60,000 bases of DNA from Felis catus (lineage: Eukaryota). The stretch spans positions 4,032,001 through 4,092,000 of the forward strand of contig NC_058369.1 of assembly GCF_018350175.1 (NCBI RefSeq), in the 5' to 3' direction. Within the stretch, counting starts at the first letter, position 1; the number at the start of each line of letters is the position of its first letter. Below, in pieces: positions 37,673 through 48,790 of the stretch. The notes under the pieces were generated by a model that was not told the DNA's origin, made no database searches, and was given only the letters and a program-made list of their open reading frames with translations. A program made the position numbers and the translations under genes.

Positions 37673-37815
37673 GGGGCACCTGGGTGGCCCAGTCGGTTAA
37701 GCCTCCGACCTGGGCTCAGGTCATGATCTCACGGTTTGTGGGTTCGAGCCCCGCGTCAGGCTCCGTGCTGACAGCTCAGAGCCTGGAGCCTAAATGAACG
37801 TTAAAAAAAAAAAAG
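37673..37815 (+). mobile_element. SINEC (internally deleted)
   Basis: ggggcacctgggtggcccagtcggttaag...taaatgaacgtt-polyA. Confidence 0.9.
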
Positions 37816-40099
37816 GGTGGGGGCGGGGCGCAAGGAAAGGTTTTGCCTCCCACGGGAGGGGGGGACCCCACCTTCTGCTCGGAAGGTGGCTTGGAAACAG
37901 CGTCGGGAGCCAGTTTAGGGAAACCTGGGTCCAGGGAGGAGGAGAGTTGCCCAGCAGCAGACGGCAAGGAGGGAGCCTGGCCAGAACTTGAGAGGCTCCG
38001 GCACAGGCTGAATGAATGAGAAAGTCCCACCAGATCCCTCTCCAGGGAGAGGCGGACTCTGCTCGGGGCTCCTGGCAGGGGAGGCTGAACGTGAAGGAAG
38101 TGTCTTCTCTCCTTGCCCGAGCCTTGGGAACGTCTCCCGGGGGAGAGGTGGCGCCAGCTGCCGAGGACGTCCCTGTTAAGTCTCCGATCACGAGATTCGG
38201 TGATTTCATTATTGTCTGCAAAGCTCCCGGGAGGGTTCGCGCGTGCAGATAACCACCCGTGATACGGGGCACCGGAGTCATCAAGGCTCCCCGAGGCGGC
38301 TCAGGTAGTGGGGCCACGGCAGGTGTGCAGAGATGGCTTTGCCCGTCACCTCTGTGTGGAGACAGGGGCTGGGGCCAGAGCAGGGGCGTGGGGGACGTGG
38401 CCAAGGTCACGCAGCCAAAGCCAGAGAGGGGCTAGATAGATACTCCCCGGCAGCCGCCAAGGGTAAGCCTGACTCAGGTCTTTCTTCCCTCCGCCCACAG
38501 CCCTCCGGGGCTCTCCCCTGCCTGGGGTAGCCGCCCAAGTCCTCCCCTCCCCGTGCTCTCTGCACGACCTGCCCCATTCCCTCCCCTCCCTCCCTTCCCT
38601 CTCTCTTCCTCCCTGCCCAGGCCCTGGTACTTAATGCGTGCTCAGAAAAAATGAAAGGGCCTGTCTGCAGAATAAATGGGCACCTTGAACACATTTGGAA
38701 TCTGAAAGGATCTTCTAGTGCACAGTCGCTGCTTGGACTCCTCTCCGGATGAGGGGCTCACTACCTTCCAAAAAGCTCCCGTTTGCTGTCAGAGCTGTTC
38801 TGGCCGATAGCAGTGTCCTCGGCAAAGTCTGGGCTGGGTGTGTGTGTGTCTGTGTGTGTGTGCGTGTGTGTTGAAGGATGGGGAGGCGACACGAGGTCGT
38901 GAGGGGGACATTCTGGAACGTTCGCAGAGGGGTCACTGTTTTGAAACAAGTTGAAAGCCTGAGGCCATCGGGTGAGGTGAGCCCAGGCTGACTTTCTCCC
39001 GGCCTCTCCCCTCCGCGTCTCTGTGTCTCTCCTATTCCCTGTTTGTCTCCGCGTCTTTGTCTCTGGGTCGCTGTGCTGTTCAAAGTCACACAGACGGGAA
39101 CTCAGCTTCTCAGCCCCAGAAGAAAATTGCTGGGCCGCGCCAGCAGCAGAATAATTGAATCCGCGGGTGGCCCGGGATTGAATGAATCGAGAGGGGTGGA
39201 GGCGGGAGGGCTGGGGGGGGTTGCATTCCGAGACAGGAGGAGATGCTTAGCCATAGACATTGGGGAGTGGGGCACAGGAACGGGGTGGGGGGGGGCGGGG
39301 GTGGTGGTGAGGGGCTGTGAGAGCGCTGGAGATACTAGGAGATCCGGAGGGCCCTGCTCAGTGGGAGTTTAGCATCTAGTTGGAAAGATAAATGTTACAT
39401 TGTTGAAATTGTGACAGTTCCTTAAGACACACTCCGCCGGCTCTGGGATATATAACCCCGGAGCGGGAGCGGGGAGGGGGGGTGATAATCAGGTTGGGAG
39501 GACATGACAGGGCTCCAAAGGGGAACAGTGTCACAGGCAGAGGGAACAGCATACGCAAAGAAGAGCTAGATGCCCCACGGCTCAAGGGCAGGGCACGTGA
39601 AGCGGGCCCTGGACACGATGTGAGGACCCTGGACAAGGAGTGGGTTTCAGGGGAGGTTGCACCACCCATCGTCCGTCCATGCGTTCATTCATTCATTCAC
39701 TCATTCGTTCATTCAACAAAGGATTGTGGAGCGCCCAGGTGCCGCTCTGGGTGCTGGGGATCATCAGGCTGGCCACGATGCCGGGGAAAGCCCTCCAGGA
39801 ACGGGGCTTTTCCTTATTGATCTCGCTTGTTTTCTCTCTCTTCAGCTGTCAGCTTCGTACAGGCGGGGACATCTTCCTTCCTGGCCGGCCCGTCTGTCCC
39901 CTGCTTCGCCTCCAGAGCCTAGAACAGTGCCTGGCACGCAGGCCACTCTCGCGAGCGATTCTGAATTAGTGAACGAATGAATGAGCGAGCGAACGACTGA
40001 ACGGGCGTCGTTCCCGTCAGAAGGGCCAGGTAGGAAAGCAATCAGAGCCTCCGGCCACTTCAAGAGGCCCCTCTAGGAGGTCAGAGCTGAGAGATGTGG

Positions 40100-40430
40100 G
40101 GTCAGGGCCTCCTTGATTACTGCGATTCTAATTAACTCCTGGGCCGAGAGGGCTGCCCCACTCGGAGGAATTATAGATAAGTTGGCTTCCAAGTGTTTGA
40201 GCAGCGGCTCTAACGGGGGCGGGCGGCGGCTCCCCCCTCTGCCCCCACCAGCCAGCTGGCCTGGGAGGCGGGCGCCGAAAGAGGTCATTTGCATAGGCAG
40301 GTAATTGGTTTTGCAAATAAATCTGGTTCTTGAAATTTGTAGATTAGCAATAATACGTCTCCAGATGAGAGAAAAAGGTCACGGATGAATAAAACAACAA
40401 TTAAACTTTCGGGAGATTATTAAACTAAAC
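40100..40430. promoter_or_regulatory. Putative conserved enhancer with octamer ATTTGCAT (40287-40294)
   Basis: ctaattaac, gtaattgg, agattag, acaattaa and an AGGTCA half-site overlapping the octamer. Confidence 0.45.
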
Positions 40431-41907
40431 AGAAACCTGGCACAGGGCGGCCGAGGGAATAGGGAGCGAGGCCGGGAAGGTGGAGAGGGTCTGGGGTGGG
40501 CGGGGGGGGGGGGTGGTGGTCTGCAGCCTCGGGGAGCCAGTTGATGTCCTCACCTTCCTGCCTCGTGGGATCACCGTCCGTAGGCCAGGCTCTGCACACA
40601 GTGGGGTATTTCTCAGTAGAAACCTGAGGCCGGGGGCGGGTGGAAAAGAAGACACCCGAGGCCACGCAAGGCAGGATTCGAACCCGAGACCAAAGCTTTG
40701 CCCCACCCTGGGTGGCAGTGAGCCTCGCCCAACAGCGGGGAGGAAGCGAGAGGGGTGCAACTCCACCTCTGTCTGCTCTTGGCCGTGTTCCCGGGGCCCT
40801 CCCCCCCCCCCCCCCGCCATGCCTCATCTCTCCACACCTCTACAATCGGGGCCGGAAGAACTTCGGGTGCGATTTTAAATTTGCACGTGCCTTTATACTT
40901 GCGTGGCATTGAAATGCGACACAGCGGCCAGGGGCCCAGGCACAGGGGCGCCTCTTGGGTCACCCCCGGGCTCTTCTCGGCTGCTGCAAGCATCAGAAAT
41001 GTGTTCAGGCATCAGGAATGTGCTCCAGGAAACACAAGCAGAACCTGAACCAAAACTGGTGAGTAGCTCGCGGTGGCGGGGGGGGGGGGGGGGGGGGGGG
41101 GCGGGAGAGAAAGTTGGAGAAAGAGGCCGACAGAGAGGAGATGGGAGCCAGGCGGGCAACGCGGCCATTTTTGCCCACCACCAGCATGCGACCGTGGGTG
41201 ACTCACCCTTCCCCCTGGGACCTCAGTTTCCATATCTGCGAAAGGGGAATTCTTTATATACTCAGGGCTGTCGTTCAGAATATTTCCTGAGCCCCGACTG
41301 AGGGCCAGGCACTGGTCCAGGCACTGGGACCGCGACAGCGAACATAAGAGGCGGAAAGCTCTGCCCTGGTCCAGCTCACGGCCTGGTGGGGGAGACAGAG
41401 CAAGTAAACCTACAGGGCTTTAAAGAGTGCAAAGTGCTCGGAAGAATATGAGGGCAGGGAAGGCTTCTGGAAGGGGCAGGAAGAGGGGAGGGAGGGCAGG
41501 TTGTAATTTTAAACAGGGCATTCGGGGAAGGTCTCGGAGAGGGTGACAGCTGAGCAGAGAGCTGAAGGACGGGAAGGAGGGAGCCATGGAGGGATGTGGA
41601 GAAAGAGCATCCCAGGCGGAGGGAAGCCTGTGCAAGGGCCCTCGTTGGGCAGGACTGAGTCTGGCATGCTGGAGGAACAGTAAGGAGGCTCGTGTGGCTG
41701 GAGCAGAGTGAGCGAGGGGGAGAGGGAGCAGGACGGGGTCGTGCCAGTCTCCTTGTCCAGAGATCGAGGAGAAAGGGCATCGCTCTGCTAGGATCATGGA
41801 AACAGTGACAAAGGTCCACTCTTCCTTCCCAGCCCCCTCAGTGGCAGAGGCTGTGAGCTGGCCCTTGATATTCATTCTGTTTTCTCCTTTAGAAATAGAA
41901 TCTGCCC

Positions 41908-42000
41908 AGGGGCGCCCGAGGCGGGTGGGGGTGGGGGTGGGAGGTTCGAGTCCTGCGTCGAGCCCCGCACTGTCAGCACAGCACAGAGCCTGCTTGGGAT

Positions 42001-42031
<31 letters not shown>

Positions 42032-42071
42032 CCCTCCCTTGGTCTCTCTCTCTCAAAATAAATGAAAGAAA

Positions 42072-42136
<65 letters not shown>

Positions 42137-42160
42137 AAAGAAAGAAAAAGAAAGAAAGAG
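41908..42160 (+). mobile_element. SINEC with (GAAA)n tail
   Basis: gagcctgcttgggattctctctc...(GAAA)n at 42065-42160. Confidence 0.85.
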
Positions 42161-43049
42161 AACCTTCCCCGCTAAAGACTATACTTCCCAGCCCCCCTTG
42201 CAGCTCAGCGTGACCACTTGGCTACAGAGTGGACGACAGGATATGAGCATAAATCACGCACGTAACCTCCAGGTTGTAACCTCAGCACGGACGCACAGGC
42301 CCTCCTCCAACCCTTCTCCCCTCCCGCCTCCGCCCTCTCGGCTGGGAGGTATTTGTGATGGCAGGAGCTGGAGCAGCCACTATGGTCCACAGATGGGAGT
42401 TCAGCTGAGGGGCTAGAGGAACAAGGTAAAAGAAGTCTGGTCCCTGGTGATTGTGGGGCCACCGCGGCAGCCTGGGATGATGCCGGGACAGTGAGGACGC
42501 GAACAGTGAGCTTCTCTTTCACTGAAGCCACGGTCTTAACGGTTTCACAGACGGGGTCATGGAATCATGGCAACAACAGGTCTCCGATAATCAAAAGTTT
42601 TGCGCACCGTCACCACCCATATTGCAGGCCCCGGACTTCCTCTCTTCCCCGCTAACCCTCCCCTGCTGCAAACTGCCCAGCGCCCCATCTCCGCCTCCTG
42701 ATTTCCCCGGAAGTCCCCTGTGCGCGGCCCAGCCTTGCTGCAACCAAGCTGTAGCGTGCCAAACGGGCCACCATGTGGCCGGCCGCGGAACTGCCCTTCC
42801 CGGCTCCGGAAATCCTGCCCACTGCTTCCCCAAAAGCAGACCAGAGAGAGCCGGTGGCCTCGGCCGGGTCCCGCAGCCGGGCCACCCACCCTCTGCAAAG
42901 GAAGCAGATGGCTGAGCCTGGCCCACGGAGGGCTGTGGGGACGCACAGTCGGAGCGGCCACCCCTCCTCCCCCCCAGGACATCTCCGCATCCCACATGGA
43001 TCGTTTCATTCCCTGGCTCTTTCCACAAAGCCTGAACGCGGGCTGTGTG

Positions 43050-43930
43050 CCGTGTCCTTCTCCCGCCACCGGGGCTAGAGCGCGCTCTCTCCTCCCTCCA
43101 AGAGCTCGCAGGTTAGCGAGACGAGGCGCCCAGAAGAGGGCCGAGCTGGGCTGGGCGGGACTCGGGCTTCCCGGAGGAGGCGATGCATCCGCTGAGGCAG
43201 GACGGGCGGAGGGGGAGAAGGCAGCGGGGCCCACGCGGAGGGAAGGGCGGGCCCCGAGCAGCGGCGGCTGCGGCGGCTGCGAGCCCCTGAGAGGCATCCA
43301 GGGGGAGTCAGGGCGGTCAGGGGAGCCGAGGGCGACGGGGAGCCAAGGAAGGATTCAGGGCAGCGCCGCAGGGAGATCAGATCTGCCTCTGGGGACGATC
43401 TCGGGGAGCGGGGCCGGGCCCCGGGGCCGCGCGTCCCCGCCGCATCCTCCTGCGCCCGGGCGCCAGCGGGAAGGGGGGGCCGGGAGGGGGTACCTGGCGG
43501 CCAAAAGCCCAGCGGCTAATGAGCCCGGTGCGGCGCGGGCTATTTTTAGCAGCAGCGACGCGGGACGCCTAATCGCTCCGGCCGGCTCCCGCCAGGCTGC
43601 CATGGAAACGCTCGGCGCCGCCGCCGAGCGCGGATCCGGGCCGCGCGGCCTCCCGCTCGTCCCCCCTCCACCCCCACCCCCACCCCCACCCCCACCCCCA
43701 CCCCCTCCGCTCCGAGCCTCGGCCGCTCAGCTCTGCGCCCGGCCCGCCCCGCACGACGGCGGGGACCCGGGCGGCGGCCTCAGCTTGCCCCGTGCGCCCG
43801 TTGCACCCGTTTCATCCAGCGGCATTTGGCCGAGGAGGGTAAACGGTCGGCCTCGAGTCGCACGGCTTGCTCGAGGTCGAGCTGGGACTTGAACCCAGGA
43901 CGGCTGGCCGCGGAAGCTGAGCACTGCTCC
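43050..43930. promoter_or_regulatory. Orphan CpG island (enhancer or unannotated promoter) with MEF2 site CTATTTTTAG at 43540-43549
   Basis: About 0.9 kb of CpG-dense, repeat-free sequence with no recognisable gene attached. Perfect CTA(A/T)4TAG flanked by TAAT motifs. Confidence 0.7.
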
Positions 43931-44399
43931 ATGATTGGCCTACAGCGTGTATCTGAACCGGAATTTGGGGGGTTTGTGCTTGTCCGCGGAGGAGGGCCTC
44001 GTGAATGGTGGTCTCTGAGGGGGGGGGGAGCCGGGGGGGGGGAACCGGGGGGGGGGAGGGCGGGGGGGGGCACCTGGTCTCTACCACCCACCTTGCTTAT
44101 GGGAAACAGAAGTGAGAGAGAGGCTTTGCTCCTACGGGGGACAAATGGGGGCATCGAGGCTGGGCCCCCAGCCGCAAGTTGCCCGATGCTGATGCCTGAA
44201 GCTGGGGTCTGTCACCTCCGGGGGATGGGGGGAGAGAGAGACAGAGAGAGCGAGCTATTGTGCAGGGCTGATGTCACGGGGATGCCCACCCCTGTTTCCC
44301 ACAGTGGGAGCCAGCGGGGAGGGAAGAACAAAGTCCCACCTGGGCCAAGAGGTGGGGAGGCCAGCAGGGCGTCAGAGTGGTCTGTAACATGGGATAGCT

Positions 44400-44578
44400 C
44401 GTGGGCGCCTGGTCGACTCAGTCGGTGAAGTGTCCGACTTCAGCTCAGGTCATGATCTCACGGTTCACGAGTTCGCGCCCTGCGTCCCGCTCTGTGCTGA
44501 CAGCTCGGAGCCTGGGGCCTGCTTCGGAGGCTGTGTCTCCCTCTCTCTCTGCCCCTCCCCCGTTCATGCTCTCTCGCG

Positions 44579-44613
<35 letters not shown>

Positions 44614-44640
44614 AAAATTAAATACACATTTAAAAAAAAC
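44400..44640 (+). mobile_element. SINEC
   Basis: gggcgcctggtcgactcagtcggtgaagtgtccgacttcagctcagg... Confidence 0.95.
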
Positions 44641-47439
44641 ATTGGTGATTTTGTTCCACGTGGCCTTTGTTTTGCATTGGTTTGAACTCTTGAGACTATG
44701 ACTTCAAATAGTATTTATCTCGCTCACGGGCCCTGTTGGCGCCTCTGATCCTGGCCCGGTGAGAAGCGCCAAGGTTGCTCAGTCCCCCGCCTGGCCCATG
44801 TAAGTCCTCCAGGACCGTGGCCGTCACTGTAGCTAACATTTTCAGAGAGCCACGTGCCACACTCAACGGCGGGATCTCATGTGACCCGGAGCGCTGGTGA
44901 TTATTCACTCTTGTTGAATATTCAGCCTGGTGCCCTGGGACCTGGGGCCTTGGTGGACCCACCTGCACGCCCCCCCCCCCCAGGTATTTTTATCAATCCC
45001 GATCGGTGGACGGGAGGGCGGGACAGAGGAGCATTCTGACTCTGGGGTGCAGTTGGCCTGAGCTGGAAATCCCACCTCTTCGCCCCCATCCTGCCTGCCC
45101 CCCCTGCCCCCCGCCACCCACAGTTTCCTGAGCCATGAGGAGCATGCTCCCTGGGAGGAGGTGCTGGGAGGCTGGGGGTGCAGAGGGGGACACAGAGTCC
45201 CTTGAATTTGCCCCCACCGTTCCCCGGTCACCCCAGCGGCAGGAAGGGTGGGGTGGGGGGAGGCCAAGGTCACCATGCCCCTCTCCCAGCCTGGCTCTAA
45301 TTAGCCGTGAAATGAATTAAACATGAGGCGGGGGGGTCTGGGGGTGTTATGAAATCGGGGGGCGGGGGTGAGAGAGAGAGAGAGAGACAGGAGGACCTCA
45401 GCCTTCCCACCTGCATTTTGGACCTTTGGTAGTCAGAGAAAGCCTGGGGGGTTGGCCGGCTGTCCCTCAGGGGTCACCTTGCCCCGCTTGGCACCGTTTA
45501 ATTCTCTTGCCCCAAGGAAATGGTGAGATTCCCCCCCCAACCCCACCCCGGCAGCCAGCTGACCAGAAACAGGCCCAGAGAGGGAGGTAGAGAAGAGACA
45601 GGGAAGGGGGCGGAGCCTCGGTGTCCCCGTGGGTCCCACCCTCCTCCCCCCTTCTTGCCCACCCCGCTCCTCCTCCCATAACACTATTGCTGCCTTTGTA
45701 ACCTCGCCCTTCCAGATCCACTCCCCCTCTGACAATGGCGCTGTCCCCATCTCCACCCTGAGGACCGGCCGTGTGACCTCAGCAAGGCTGGTTTGCCTCT
45801 CAGCGCCTCAGTTTCCCCATCTGCACAACGGGGGAGGGGCCGTGGACCCAGGAGGCGACTCCTGTCACCAGCGTCAGAGTTGAGTCACCAGGCCTTGTCC
45901 CCGGCCCCCCACCCCCCTGGTGTGTGACTTAGGTCGTCGGTTCTCCCCCAGCCTCAGTGTCCTGCCCTGTAAGATGGAGAGATAACGGTGCTTGAAGGAG
46001 GGAGACGAAGGACAAGCGAGGGGCCCCTCTCCCCACAGACTCCAAGAGCCACGGGTGGCCCCCTCCCCCACCACTGATATCCTACCCGCCCGAGGGGTCA
46101 GGCTGGGCGGAAGACAGGGTGCCCACGGTGGGGTGGGTGAAGCCTCAGTGCGGGGTTCACAAAGAAAGCCTCCTGCAGGCAGACTTGCGCCCTGAGTTTT
46201 GAAGACCGAGGAGGATGCACACACCAGAAGGAAAGGCATTCCTTGTGGAGGGAACGGCCGAGGCGAATGCTTGGAGGCAGAAAGAGAAAAAAAAAAAGTC
46301 ACAAATTCTGGTCTCAGCTGGAACCCAGAGTGGCTCCCCCTGGACAGAGCAGCCTGGTGGGGCTTTGCAGGACAAGATCTCAAGTCAGAACCCACCCTGA
46401 TGCGGACAGCGGGGCTCAGGAAGGCAGATCCTAGAGTCCGAGAAGCACTTGCAAAGTGGGGGGTCATGAGAGCTGGCACCCCCAGAGCTACTGTTAGGAC
46501 AAGAAGAGCTGAGCCAACTGTGTAAACACTCAGCGCATACTCAAGTACTCACAGGGCGGCTGCTGTTACTACGGTTCCAACCAGGACCACGCAGATCATT
46601 TTTAACAGTTATATATTCATTTCAATGTATATCCTCCCAAATTTATGGACACCATCTACTCCGCTCAAAAAAATATATATCTGGGTTTCCACGGTAGGAT
46701 ATAAAGGTGCATTTTTTAAATAAATATATTTTGTTGGAAAAGAATGGGGAGGAGATTGGGGGGGGGGGAGCGGGAAATGATGGAGCGAAGGAGGGAAGCC
46801 CGGAGTCTGGGAAAGGCTCGGGTAATAGATTTCTCTGCCTGCTCCTGGGCCCCGTAATTAATCCTGAGGGGCTCATTAAGTTCCGGCTTCCGCTCCAGCC
46901 ACTCAGCGGCCTCCCTCCCGGTCTCCCCTCTCCCCCGGGGAGGCCCAGCCTGGCCTGCCCCTGCCAGGGCCTCCCTCCTGCGGTGCTGCTGGGCCCCCAG
47001 ATCCCTGGGCTTAATCATGGAGAATTAAGGTTCAATCAGAGGCCTTTACGGTGGGGAGGGGAGGCTGTGCAGAGGAAGGGCCTCCCAGGTGCCGCAGAAC
47101 CCGGAATAGGGCGAGGCAAGCGAGGCAGGGTGGAGCCGGTGCGGTGCGGGGTGAGTGCCTGTCAATACTTAGCACTTTGATACTTTGTTCATTGTAGATG
47201 TTTTTGCATTCATTGGGAGTAGTTTTTACTTTTTATCTCTTCGTTGTGCTATCAAAATAGTACTTATCCAGACGGCTGACTTTGGCGTCACCTCTTAAGT
47301 TGTGTGGAGAGTCCGTGGTGCCTCTGTGGCCTCACCTTATCCGGGTCCTGATAGCTGCGGGGAGCCTGGAGCTCCTAAGTAAGCATCCTGAGGCCAGAAG
47401 CTGTCAGAGGACGGATGGTCTATTACTGGACTGATTTAT

Positions 47440-47492
47440 TTTTTATTTTTTTTAACTTTTTAAATCTTTATTTATTTATTTTTAAATGTTTT

Positions 47493-47535
<43 letters not shown>

Positions 47536-47722
47536 CTGAAGGAGAGAGAGACAGAGCATGAACCGGGGAGGGGCAGAGAGAGAGGGAGACACAGAATCCG
47601 AAGCAGGCTCCAGGCTCTAAGCTGTTAGCACAGAGCCCGACGCGGGGCTCGAACTCACGCACCGTGAGATCACGACCCGAGCTGAAGTCGGCCACTTAAC
47701 CAACTGAGCCACCCAGGGGCCC
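47440..47722 (-). mobile_element. SINEC with long poly-A tail
   Basis: T-run at 47495-47530, then the SINEC body ending ccaggggcccc. Confidence 0.95.
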
Positions 47723-48074
47723 CTGGACTGATTTTATAGCTGGGAAAAAGGCCCAGAAGGGCAAGTCACGGGCCTCGGGTTACTTGGCTAAAAGAACGCA
47801 GAGGCGGGATTTGAACCCTCGACGGCCTTCCGGGGCTCCCACCTTCTTTGGGATAAAAGCCCGAATCCTGTGGCCCCCAGGGCCCCCGCAGGACCTACCT
47901 CCAAGAGCGATGAGATCAAAGGAGGTCGGGGACCTGACTCGGGTGCTTACGGCCGCCCCCTAGTGGCTGCTTCCGGGAAGAGGACCCCACCTTGTACGGG
48001 TCGGGGAGGAGGGAACCCGAGCAGAGGGGACCGCGCTGGTCCACGCGGGCAATGGAACCGTACTCCCTGATCCC

Positions 48075-48790
48075 ATACTGTCCAGTGTGGGAGCCACTGG
48101 CCTTTCAAATGTGACTGGTGCAAATCGACATGTTCTCCAAGCACAAAACACACATCAGGTGCTAAAGACTTGGTGGGAAAAGAATGTTAAGATAGCTCAT
48201 TAACAATTGTTTATATCGATTGCATGTTAAACTGACGTTTTGGCTGTATTGAGTTAAAGAAAACAGATCAAAATTGGGGCGCCCGGGTGGCTCAGTCAGT
48301 TAAGCGTCCGACTTGGGCTTAGGTGATGATCTCGCGGTCTGTGAGTTCGAGCCCCGCGTGGGGCTCTGTGCTGACAGCTCAGGGCCTGGAGCCCACTTCT
48401 GATTCTGTGTCTCCCTCTCTCTCTCTCTCAAAAGTAAATAATAAAAATTTTTTTTAAAAAAAGATATCAAAATTCATTTCACCTGTTTCTTTTCACTTTT
48501 TTTTCCTCTTGTGGCTACCGGAAAGTTTAAAAACATTTGTTGTGGTTTATTGATTTTTGAGAGACGACAGAGAGAAAGCATGAGCGGGAGAGGGGCAGAG
48601 AGAGAGGGAGACACAGAATCCCAAGCAGGCTCCTAGCTGTCACCACAGAGCCCGACGCGGGGCTGGAACCCTGAACCGTGAGATCATGACCTGAGCCGCA
48701 GCCGGACCCTCAACCGACTGAGCCACCCAGGCGCCCCTACCAGCAAGTTCTAAATTACATCCGTGGCTTCCATGATCTTTCTACCATTTA
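48075..48790 (+). mobile_element. MER33-like DNA transposon split by two oppositely oriented SINECs (48276-48462 +, 48545-48737 -)
   Basis: MER33-like text resumes after each SINE. Duplicated target sites are atcaaaatt and ctacc(gga/agc)aagtt. Confidence 0.7.

Noticed and set aside
41077..41101. Long poly-G runs (also 18281-18298; poly-C at 28562-28583) as G-quadruplex elements
   Set aside because: Homopolymer G/C runs recur throughout the window and their lengths are error-prone; nothing specific links them to function.
42720..43601. N-terminal part of the 390-aa ORF across the orphan CpG island
   Set aside because: Non-ATG start and composition typical of GC-rich non-coding DNA. Only the Kozak-flanked downstream part is kept as a weak candidate.
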